A stretch of 64,000 nucleotides of DNA from assembly GCA_049294275.1 (NCBI GenBank), contig JBAQCQ010000086.1, positions 34,160 to 98,159 on the forward strand, given 5' to 3'. The stretch is from Bacteroidales bacterium. GTDB lineage: Bacteria > Bacteroidota > Bacteroidia > Bacteroidales > VadinHA17. The position numbers were made by a program, and so were the translations under genes. This document shows, piece after piece, positions 32,635 to 41,175 of this stretch (position 1 is its first letter; each line of letters begins with the position of its first letter). Under the pieces are notes generated by a model. It was not told the DNA's origin and ran no database searches. It saw only the letters and a program-made list of their open reading frames with translations.

Positions 32635-35529
32635 TTATTCCTCAACATATTTTGTGATCGCCTCTTTCCATACCAGATACCCTTTCCCGTTAAGGTGCAA
32701 ACCATCGCTGCTGTACTCCGGGTTAAGCTTGTTGTTTTCGAGCCTGAACAGTTCAAAGAGGTCGATATATGTTATCCCGTTGGCGCCGGCAATCTCCCTG
32801 AGCCGGTCGTTGATAGCTATGATGTCACTGTTGCGCCGGGTATAATGGAGGGCGTCGTCGGTCGGGATGACACTCTGAATGTAAATCCTTGTTCCGGGTG
32901 TTGAAGCGGTGATGAGCCGGATTATTTTTTTGTAATTTTCAATTATATAATCGACGCTCTTGCCGTTCGAAAGATCATTGGTGCCGATCATAATAAAGAT
33001 CTTCGAAGGCCGCGATTCTGTCACTTCTTCAAGCCTTTCAAGGATGCCGTCAGTGTCATCACCGCCGATGCCCCTGTTCCTGATCCTTGTGTTACTGAAA
33101 AGCTCCCACCATTCGGCATTATCGGTGATGCTGTTGCCAAGGAAGATGATCTCATTCTCACCGTTGGGCAAGCTCTCAAAGTGCTCCTTCTTATGGTAGT
33201 AATAGGCTCTCAGGGCTTTGTTCCATATCTCCAGCTCTTCGGCATACCGGTCATACTTTATAATCTCGCCAATCTGCTCTGCTGTCATCCCGGAACTCAT
33301 TGAGGGTGGCGCCTTCTCCGGGCTGCTGCCCCATTCCTTTTCCGGCATTGAGCTCATCTCAAGCACCAGCCTGCCGCCGGCGGCAAAATCTGAGTGAGGG
33401 AACCAGGGACCTTCCAGCTCCTCACCGTTGAGTTTCGCTTTCCTGATAAAGCCCTTCCCGGGGGAACTGTTCCCGGCCTCAATGATAAACTCACCGCCGG
33501 GATAATATCTTTCATCGAGACGGATAGTCACCTTCTCAAAAACTGGACTTCCAATCTCATAAATGGGAGTGGCAGATGTGCCGCCGTCGGTTTGGAAGAG
33601 GCCAATGGCACTCATAACATAGAGGGCTGCTGACTGTGCGGGGTCATCAGCGGCAGAGCCCATTGGGGCATCATTCTTCTGATAACCTGAGAGAATCTCC
33701 CGAACCCATTTCTGCGTAAGCCAGGGGGCACCGGCGTAATTGAAGAGCCAGGCAGCCTGCAGGGGTGACTGCCGGAAACTATAGCCGCCGGAGAAGAGCC
33801 TCTCTTTTATATCATCGTCGCTGTCCTCTTCTTTACGGTCGGGTGAGAGACAATCAGAGATCTCCCCCTCAAGCCTTGTCACAAAATCTTCTCTTCCGTA
33901 AATATCAATCAGTCCCCTGACATCATGGGGAACGAAAGTCTGCATCACCCCGGCCTCAGGTTTGGCAAGATGCCTGTAACTGAAAGCCCTCTTTGCAAAA
34001 GTCCTGTAATCCGGCACATTCCCCGCTGCAAGGGCTATCTCAGCCATTGCCCCGTCATGATATGCATATTCAAAGGTGAGAGATGCAGGAGCCTTCTCCT
34101 CAGGCACATAACCCGAGGCAAGGTAGGTCTCAAGATATCTCTTGCCGGCAAATCCGCCACCTTCATGAGGCTTGCCGGCATTGCTCAGGTCATGCATCAG
34201 GGCCCTGTAGAGCATCACAGTGTCATAATCCCTTATCCCCTTCTGCAAGGCAGATGTCAAGAGGGGGATCAGCTGCGAACTGACGGGATGATCAGCATAT
34301 TCAATGCCTTCAGAGCCCTCCGGGAACCAGCCGCCGCAGGCGTGCAGGGCGAGCAGTGACCTGACATAACTGTTGACAAGGTCAGGCTGGCAGAGAGCCA
34401 TCAGCTGATTTATGGCCACGGTGCCCGGCCCCGGAGGGGTGCTTCCGAAAATAGCCAGGTCAGTATCATCAGGCTGCTGAACGTTTTCATACATATCAAC
34501 ATACTTTCCGTTCACATCACTCCATACGGTCAGTCCTGCGAAGACGCGGTACATAGCTGTGTAGAACATCCTGAGGTCAGCTTCGCTCCCACCCTCGACC
34601 CTGATGCCCATCAGGAGATCATTCCATGCCATTCGGTTCATCTCACTGACAGCGTCAAAATCCCAATTAAACGGACCCAGCTCTCTATCAAGATTAAGCC
34701 TGGCCTGGTCAATGCTCACCAGTGACACTCCTGACTGCACCAGTACCGTCTCCCCCTCATGGGTCTTAAAGTTCAGAAAGAGCCCCGTGCTTCCGTCGTC
34801 ATACAGTGAACGTATCTCCGTAATATCTCGCATGATCTCCCCGCCCAGCCATCCGTTGAATGTATCAAACGGCTTACTGAAGCGAACCACAAAGTGAAGT
34901 GTGTAGAGGTTGTGATGGGCACCGAGCAGGCTTCGTTGTCTGGAGAAACCCTCTATCTCCCTGTCGCTCACCTTCGTAATGCACGACTCAAGAAGTTCGT
35001 AACCGTTGTCGGTGGGGATCTTCAGGTCAAACAGGATGCGGGAAGAATCTGACTCCGGGAAGGTATATCTCTGGAATGCTGCCCTTGCGGTGGTAGTAAG
35101 CTCCGCTTTGATGCCGTAATCATCCAGGAAGACCGAATAGTAACCCAGCCGGGCTGTCTCGTTCTGATGGCTGAAGCGAGAACGGTAACCTGCGTCAGGG
35201 TCGTCAGGAGCACCGGGGACCATTTGCAGTTCACCTGTTGCCGGCATTACCAGCAGCCCTCCCATCGTGCGGGAGTGGATATGACTGAAGCCGGCAATAT
35301 TCCCAGTGTTATAATCATAACCGGCTTTATAACCCTTCATCTGGTTATCAGGACTGATCTTTACCATTCCGGCAGGCATGGTCACACCCGGGAAGAGTGT
35401 CCAGCGGGGTGAGGAGGTCCCCATCAGAGGATCAACATGGTCAACAGGATCTGCTCCGCCGGTCTGGGCTGTAAGTGTAAAACAAAAACCTGCAAGTAAC
35501 AGCATGGAGGAAATGATAAATTTTTTCAT
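32635..35529 (-). CDS. GH92-like domain fused to a C-terminal SGNH/GDSL esterase domain
   Basis: 964 aa with a signal peptide. The GH92 N-terminal pattern is VDPLMGTSSPRWTLFPGVTMPAGMVKISPDN, GFSHIH and SRFSHQNETARLGYYSVFLDDYGIKAELTTTARAAFQRYTF. The GH92 C-terminal pattern is NYAGAPWLTQKWVREIL and YEIGSPVFEKVTIRL. The last ~200 aa are SGNH blocks: IIFLGNSITD (I), RGIGGDDT (II), IMIGTNDL (III) and SSDGLHLN (V). Confidence 0.8.
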   Translation of the reverse strand: MKKFIISSMLLLAGFCFTLTAQTGGADPVDHVDPLMGTSSPRWTLFPGVTMPAGMVKISPDNQMKGYKAGYDYNTGNIAGFSHIHSRTMGGLLVMPATGELQMVPGAPDDPDAGYRSRFSHQNETARLGYYSVFLDDYGIKAELTTTARAAFQRYTFPESDSSRILFDLKIPTDNGYELLESCITKVSDREIEGFSRQRSLLGAHHNLYTLHFVVRFSKPFDTFNGWLGGEIMRDITEIRSLYDDGSTGLFLNFKTHEGETVLVQSGVSLVSIDQARLNLDRELGPFNWDFDAVSEMNRMAWNDLLMGIRVEGGSEADLRMFYTAMYRVFAGLTVWSDVNGKYVDMYENVQQPDDTDLAIFGSTPPGPGTVAINQLMALCQPDLVNSYVRSLLALHACGGWFPEGSEGIEYADHPVSSQLIPLLTSALQKGIRDYDTVMLYRALMHDLSNAGKPHEGGGFAGKRYLETYLASGYVPEEKAPASLTFEYAYHDGAMAEIALAAGNVPDYRTFAKRAFSYRHLAKPEAGVMQTFVPHDVRGLIDIYGREDFVTRLEGEISDCLSPDRKEEDSDDDIKERLFSGGYSFRQSPLQAAWLFNYAGAPWLTQKWVREILSGYQKNDAPMGSAADDPAQSAALYVMSAIGLFQTDGGTSATPIYEIGSPVFEKVTIRLDERYYPGGEFIIEAGNSSPGKGFIRKAKLNGEELEGPWFPHSDFAAGGRLVLEMSSMPEKEWGSSPEKAPPSMSSGMTAEQIGEIIKYDRYAEELEIWNKALRAYYYHKKEHFESLPNGENEIIFLGNSITDNAEWWELFSNTRIRNRGIGGDDTDGILERLEEVTESRPSKIFIMIGTNDLSNGKSVDYIIENYKKIIRLITASTPGTRIYIQSVIPTDDALHYTRRNSDIIAINDRLREIAGANGITYIDLFELFRLENNKLNPEYSSDGLHLNGKGYLVWKEAITKYVEE

Positions 35530-35607
35530 GGCCGGGTGTGGTTTGAGCCTGTTATTGAACTTAAAAATTCTTCTCTGCCGCTTTCCCGGGCGGCGGGTTG
35601 AAATCAG

Positions 35608-37008
35608 TTATCTGAAGATGAATTTTTTTGTCTCTGTACCCCATTTCCCGCTCAGGCGGACTATCATCATCCCTCCGCGGATGTGACTGCAGTTTATTTC
35701 GGTATCATCCCTCACTTCACACCGGAGGCAGAGCCTGCCGTCAAGACTGAAGATCTCCACCGAGGAAGAGGAAGAGATACTTCTTACCTGGAGGTATCGC
35801 GTCAGCGGATCATATGCAAGGTGGCTACCAGGAGTGTCGTAATCAACCCCTGCAATTCCCACAGGGTTATCAAAGATTGTGATGGTGTCAGGGATGGCAG
35901 CTGTCACCGCTCCCTCAACATCCAGCCAGAAAAAACGGGCCCTGTAATTGCGGGTATCCTGGTAGATCGAATTGAAGTTGGTGGTGTTGACATTGAACGA
36001 GATCAGGATATCACCCTCCTTCTGAAAATGCGGATGAGCGAAAAGGTTATATGTAATGTTTCCCGTGTGTGGCGTGATTTCCGCAAACTTGTTTTCAATC
36101 CCTCCAGACGACTTGCGGTTCCACGGGCCGGTTATCTTGTCGGCCTCAAGGATAAAGAGCTCGCCCACGAGCCATATCTCATGCATGATCAAATAGAACT
36201 TGCCGTTTCTTTCATACACGTAGAATGACTCGCTCATGGGCCTGTCTCCCAGCGGCACGGCATCCCTGATGTCGTCCGACCAGGTTTCAGATCCAGCGTA
36301 GAACTGCCACGGCTCATCTATGCTCCCGGATACCCTTGCCAGGTAGGGCAAAGGGTAGGTGAAACCGCCGGAGGTGGTGTCCCTGATCCCGAAGATGTAT
36401 GTGAACTCTCCGCTCCTGACGACGCAGGCACCAAAGCGGAAGGTGCTGTCTGTAACCGATTCGAATTTGGTGGTCGAAATATGTTTCATAGCCGGGTATT
36501 CGTAGGAGGCCCTGTAGGTTGTTCCGACCTGAAAATTGAATCCCGGGATCCCGTTGTCAACTATCTTCACCCTCACCGCAAAGACCTTAACAGTATCATC
36601 TTCTATTACCGCATGCTCCGGCCAGAAAAAATCAGCTCCCTCCCCGGGGATGAATGATGAGGGATTTTCTGAGGTTCCGCCGTGCAGGGTATTCATAGCC
36701 GTACCATCTTCAATAATGGCGGCATTGTTTATCATCCTTGAACCCACAGGAATAATGGTGAACTCTCCGCTTTTTGTCCCGATGAAACTGTCGCCAAAAA
36801 GCCAGAATGTCTTGCCGTCCGGAAGAGGGAGGGAGATGGTCGCATCACCGGCGCACCATCCTCCCGCCACACTGGTGAATTTGTCAAAGTGCTCCGGCGC
36901 CTCCGATATAACATGCTGAGCCTGGAGTTCAGAGATAAGGAGTGGCTGTGTCGTCAGCGTCAACAACAAAATATATCTGAACAATATGGTAATGTCTCTG
37001 ATCATCAA
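35608..37008 (-). CDS. Same beta-propeller-like family, paralog C, with a T9SS (Por) C-terminal sorting domain
   Basis: 466 aa with a signal peptide ending LQAQ. Shared blocks are CAGDATISLPLPDGKTFWLFGDSFIGTK, DFFWPEHA, GEFTYIFG, PWQFYAGSETWSDD, YNLFAHPHF...ILISFNVNT and YRARFFWL. The last ~70 aa (VEIFSLDGRLCLRCEV...INCSHIRGGMMIVRLSGKWGTETKKFIFR) fit the T9SS CTD pattern. Confidence 0.6.
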   Translation of the reverse strand: MMIRDITILFRYILLLTLTTQPLLISELQAQHVISEAPEHFDKFTSVAGGWCAGDATISLPLPDGKTFWLFGDSFIGTKSGEFTIIPVGSRMINNAAIIEDGTAMNTLHGGTSENPSSFIPGEGADFFWPEHAVIEDDTVKVFAVRVKIVDNGIPGFNFQVGTTYRASYEYPAMKHISTTKFESVTDSTFRFGACVVRSGEFTYIFGIRDTTSGGFTYPLPYLARVSGSIDEPWQFYAGSETWSDDIRDAVPLGDRPMSESFYVYERNGKFYLIMHEIWLVGELFILEADKITGPWNRKSSGGIENKFAEITPHTGNITYNLFAHPHFQKEGDILISFNVNTTNFNSIYQDTRNYRARFFWLDVEGAVTAAIPDTITIFDNPVGIAGVDYDTPGSHLAYDPLTRYLQVRSISSSSSVEIFSLDGRLCLRCEVRDDTEINCSHIRGGMMIVRLSGKWGTETKKFIFR

Positions 37009-37038
37009 TTAGTTTTGTGGCTGTCGGCTACAGGAGGG

Positions 37039-39378
37039 TCACCTCTTCCCGATCTTCTCCTTTTTCATTACCGGTTTGCCGGATTCATACTCAAGTGTAT
37101 AGTAATTATTTTTGTATAGCACGTGATGGAGTTTACCGTCAAACTGAAAATTTTCAGACGCTTTCAGGACCTCACCATCTGTCGACGGGTAGAAACCGAA
37201 AAAGTTTTTCAGTACCACCTGGGCGAAGGCTATCCCCGATGACGACTCCCTGTTGCACCAGTCCCGTTCCGCAATCCTTACCAGGGCATTCTTGCTGGTC
37301 TTGTTCTCACCCCACAGCTCATGGGCCTGTGCCCATATCCCCTCATAGGTCACCGGCTCTACAGCACGGTAAAACTCAAGTGCTTTCTCAGGGTAGCCCA
37401 TCTGCGTGAGGGCGTCCATGATGTCAACCGGCCATCCGTCAAAAGCGCCGAACGGACCGTGATCGGCACGGTCTGAATGTTCAGCGGCAATATCCAGAAG
37501 AGACTGTGCCCTCATCCAGTGATCGGTTATCAGCTCATCATACAGAAATCCGATCATCTCTTCTTTAATCTCTCGGGGGATATCATCAGGGATGTATTTG
37601 CCGAAGAAGGCAAAATCGAGGCAGTGACGTACCTCTATGGTCTTGTTGCCGGGATAAAGGCTGTTCCAGACACCGTCTCCGGCATACAGTTTCAGGATAC
37701 GCCCTATCATATCGGAAGCGAGAGCGTCAAGCGTATCTGCTTTCGGCTGGTCGCCGTGCTGACTGTATAGTTTTGCCGTCTCGCGCATCATCCATGCATA
37801 ACCAATATTGAATGAGGGAACAATATGTTTGTAGGTTGGCACACATTCAAGCAGGTTCCACTCATCATCGCCGAAATCTGCCAGCCTGTAGATATCGTCA
37901 GTAGCGCCCTCACTCCCGTAAACAGATATCTTTTGCCAGTTAAGTGCATACTCTTCCAGGTGCTCAAGCACGCTCTTGCCCTCGATTATCTCATCCAGAT
38001 ATTCATAGTCGCCCGTGACGTTGATATAATCGCGGATCAGCTGAAACCTGGCCCAATAGTTCGCCGAGTAGCCGTTGCCGACACCCTTGCCCCCGAAGTT
38101 ATCCTTCCCGTAATATTTATCCGGATCGATCCCGAACCACGCGGAGAGATGCTCCTTCATCATCACCGGATCAACAACAGCCCACAGGGTTGACCAGAGA
38201 GTGATATCCCAGTAAAAGGTGATAGATGCACCCCATCGCGGTCCTCCGGTAAGGAATACCTTGTCATGCTCGGGCAGGTTGGTATTCGTGAGGTAAAGCA
38301 TTGTCAGAGGGCTGGTGTAATATACCTTTCTGACCAGGGGGTCATCTGTCTCCAGGACGGGAAAACATCCGGAGATAAGATCATTGCCCGGACGGAAGAT
38401 CATCTCCCACTTTTCTTCCCAGCTATCTTTTATACCTGCAAAAAGCGTATCAAAATCTGATGACCAGGCTGTTATATTTTCCTTCACAGCCTCCTCGTCG
38501 TCTCCGTATGACATGAGGTATTTTATTGTCCTGGTCTCTCCCGGGGCAAGTGTGCAGCTCCATGAAGCCGTCGCCCCGCTGTTCCATGCTGTCACGGTAT
38601 CCGGAGGAGTAACGACGGAGAAGGAGATGACCGCATCCGTCTCGGTGTCATGTATGAGAATCCTGTTTTCCCCAGCTGTTGCATGGTATTTTGAACTGCC
38701 CAGTATCTCCGTGTCTCCCGGCCATTTCATCATTATCCTGACAAGCTGAGGCTTCCCGTCAATCAGTTCCCGGCTAAACCCTTCACTTGTGAAAATCTCT
38801 TCCCCCAGGTGATCCCTGATGTTTTCCACCTCCTCATCACGTTTGGTTACCTGGCCCGACATCTTCGGGTAGGGATACCACCACTGCCAGTCGCCGCCAT
38901 ATTTACTGATGAAACCTATCAGGTCAAGTTCGAGATTCAGATCTTTGGCGAGGGTGTCGCTGTTGGTTATATCAACCTGCCACATGACCGCATCCCTGTC
39001 AAAAAGCATTCTTGTTGAACTCAGTATATCCAGTCCGTCAACGCTTCCTTTCCTGAGCCCCTGCCAGGGCTGCCAGCGCCATGTTGTTGCCTTCGGTGTC
39101 TTGCCGTTGACCCTCAGCGTTCCGGTATGATACCCGCCGGAAAAAGGAGCTGAGACAAACCAGCTTATTGAAGTCATATCCCTGTTCAGCAGCGCCTGCC
39201 CGCGAAAATTCCTGATGGATGGTTCCATCTCCACAGTGTCGGATGAGACCCAGACGCCTGACAGCTCTTCAAGCGAAGGAATACTGTCGCTGATGCTTCC
39301 GCTGTCAGGGCGGTTGTCATCGCAGCCTGTCGCGCTGATCAGCACCAGGAAGGTCATGAGATGTATCGCTCTTTTCAT
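37039..39378 (-). CDS. Lipoprotein, putative (alpha/alpha)6-barrel glycoside hydrolase, GH63-like (family assignment tentative)
   Basis: 779 aa with lipobox LISATGCDD. It has an N-terminal beta-sandwich-like half. The segment GGPRWGASITFYWDITLWSTLWAVVDPVMMKEHLSAWF resembles the GH63 PRGFLWDEGFH...WDP motif as I recall it. The length is similar to E. coli YgjK. Confidence 0.4.
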   Translation of the reverse strand: MKRAIHLMTFLVLISATGCDDNRPDSGSISDSIPSLEELSGVWVSSDTVEMEPSIRNFRGQALLNRDMTSISWFVSAPFSGGYHTGTLRVNGKTPKATTWRWQPWQGLRKGSVDGLDILSSTRMLFDRDAVMWQVDITNSDTLAKDLNLELDLIGFISKYGGDWQWWYPYPKMSGQVTKRDEEVENIRDHLGEEIFTSEGFSRELIDGKPQLVRIMMKWPGDTEILGSSKYHATAGENRILIHDTETDAVISFSVVTPPDTVTAWNSGATASWSCTLAPGETRTIKYLMSYGDDEEAVKENITAWSSDFDTLFAGIKDSWEEKWEMIFRPGNDLISGCFPVLETDDPLVRKVYYTSPLTMLYLTNTNLPEHDKVFLTGGPRWGASITFYWDITLWSTLWAVVDPVMMKEHLSAWFGIDPDKYYGKDNFGGKGVGNGYSANYWARFQLIRDYINVTGDYEYLDEIIEGKSVLEHLEEYALNWQKISVYGSEGATDDIYRLADFGDDEWNLLECVPTYKHIVPSFNIGYAWMMRETAKLYSQHGDQPKADTLDALASDMIGRILKLYAGDGVWNSLYPGNKTIEVRHCLDFAFFGKYIPDDIPREIKEEMIGFLYDELITDHWMRAQSLLDIAAEHSDRADHGPFGAFDGWPVDIMDALTQMGYPEKALEFYRAVEPVTYEGIWAQAHELWGENKTSKNALVRIAERDWCNRESSSGIAFAQVVLKNFFGFYPSTDGEVLKASENFQFDGKLHHVLYKNNYYTLEYESGKPVMKKEKIGKR

Positions 39379-39390
39379 TGTTTGTCTATT

Positions 39391-41175
39391 TTATGTTCTA
39401 ACATATGCTTTTATTGTGGCGCATTCACTCCCTTCTGATTCACCGTGGGGCCGAATTGTATACTCCCCGACTGCGGCCGGGATAATGAAGGTTTCGGCAT
39501 AATGGACGATGAACGGCTCAAACCGTCCGCCAGGACTTTCAACGATGATCTCACGGCCCTCGATCAGGTTCAAAACATTCACGCCACCGCGGGTGTTGTG
39601 AACAACCTTTTTGGTGAACCAGTGCCTGCGAGTCTCGATGAACTCCCTTACATGCAATCCGGTAGCCTCCTCGGTCCAGCCATCACCCTCAGCAACTTTT
39701 CTGACCTGGTTTATGAGGTTGTTGCGGACATAGTCCGTGGTACGCTCCCACTGAATTACGTTTTTGCCGTGCCCGATGTTGATAGGCCTCGGCCTTCCGT
39801 CAAGATCGAGACGTCCCCAGTCCCACAGCTTGAAAGTGAAGATGTAGGTCGTGGAGCTTATCTCCAGCACCAGGCAGTTCTTCCCCGAGCAGTGAACGGT
39901 GCCTCCCGGTATCAGGAAATGGTCATGTTTATTTGCCGGCCACCTGTTGACATATTTGACATCATCGAAACGGGATCCCTCATGCTGTGCCTTGCAAAGA
40001 TCGTCAATCATCGCTTTCGGACTGATGCCTTCTTTCAGTCCCAGGTAGACTGAGGCATCTTCTCCGGTATCCATTATGTAGTAACTTTCGTCCTGCGTAT
40101 AGTGCATGCCGAATTTCTCCTGGATGTATTCAGTCACCGGGTGGACCTGCAGGCTGAGGTTTCCTCCCTCCATGGTATCGAGGTAGTCGAACCTTATCGG
40201 GAACTCATCGCCAAAACGTCCATACACTGCTTCTCCCAGCAGTTCAACAGGATGAAAGAACACCAGGTTCACAGAGGGTGTCTCAAACAACCCCTCCCCG
40301 AAATCAAACATCAGGCTGTTCTCCTCAACAATGCAATTAAAGCACCAGGAATAGTTGGCTGGAGCAGGATCAAGACTCAGTTTCCTCTTCATCCATTGCC
40401 CGCCCCAGATACCCTGGTCAAAGAGGGGGACAACACTGTAAGGTGTTGTAATTCCCTTTGCCATCGCTTTATCGAAAGCTTCTGCGGTAACCATGGCAGG
40501 AGAGTTCATGTTGGTGGTGTCAAGGACAAAATCCCACTTGCCTCTCAGCTTTTTCTTATGCCTGTCACAGACACGCCAGTCGACAAAGAAGCCTCGCTTG
40601 TATTGCAGCTCGAACAGTTCCTCCCTGTTGCTGAGGCCGAGATTGTCCACCCTGTTGGCCCTCATCCTGAGCTGTATCTCCCACCGCGGCATGTCAGCAT
40701 AGATGATAAGGGAGGGCCTGCGTGCCACCAGCGCCGCACCGTACCCGAACACGAGTATGGTTCCACGGGTTACGGAATCGATTCTGCTCATGCATGCCGC
40801 AAGCTTCTCATTACTGATGAGATCCTTAAAAGTCAAACGGGTAAGGTATCCGAAGATACGGTCGTCGGTGACGTCAGGCCAGGTTATCCTGGAAATCTCT
40901 TCAGGGGCGAGAAAATAATCCCTGCTGGTAATAACCAGATCAGGCTTCAGCCTTTCGGTAAAAATTCCGAGCAGATCTTCAAAGATAACCCCCTGGTAGC
41001 AGTCAACGACAATCACCTTTTTGCCAGGGTTGCCGTCGTAAAGCTGACTGAAAAGCTCCCCGAATATCCTGTCCCATCCCCCTGAATAACCGTTACTGAA
41101 TTCACTGACGCGAACCACGGGTACCTGATTGAAGTTGGAATCAGGTTTGTCTTTCTCGCTAGTTGTATCCCTCAT
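39391..41175 (-). CDS. Long-form class I phosphomannose-isomerase-like cupin protein (cytoplasmic)
   Basis: 594 aa with no signal peptide. The PMI type I pattern is IWGGQWMKRK...FPIRFDYLDTMEGGNLSLQVHP...DESYYIMD...HFLIPGGTVHCSG. It follows an N-terminal extension of about 250 aa. The gene overlaps the susD stop by 17 nt. Confidence 0.6.
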   Translation of the reverse strand: MRDTTSEKDKPDSNFNQVPVVRVSEFSNGYSGGWDRIFGELFSQLYDGNPGKKVIVVDCYQGVIFEDLLGIFTERLKPDLVITSRDYFLAPEEISRITWPDVTDDRIFGYLTRLTFKDLISNEKLAACMSRIDSVTRGTILVFGYGAALVARRPSLIIYADMPRWEIQLRMRANRVDNLGLSNREELFELQYKRGFFVDWRVCDRHKKKLRGKWDFVLDTTNMNSPAMVTAEAFDKAMAKGITTPYSVVPLFDQGIWGGQWMKRKLSLDPAPANYSWCFNCIVEENSLMFDFGEGLFETPSVNLVFFHPVELLGEAVYGRFGDEFPIRFDYLDTMEGGNLSLQVHPVTEYIQEKFGMHYTQDESYYIMDTGEDASVYLGLKEGISPKAMIDDLCKAQHEGSRFDDVKYVNRWPANKHDHFLIPGGTVHCSGKNCLVLEISSTTYIFTFKLWDWGRLDLDGRPRPINIGHGKNVIQWERTTDYVRNNLINQVRKVAEGDGWTEEATGLHVREFIETRRHWFTKKVVHNTRGGVNVLNLIEGREIIVESPGGRFEPFIVHYAETFIIPAAVGEYTIRPHGESEGSECATIKAYVRT

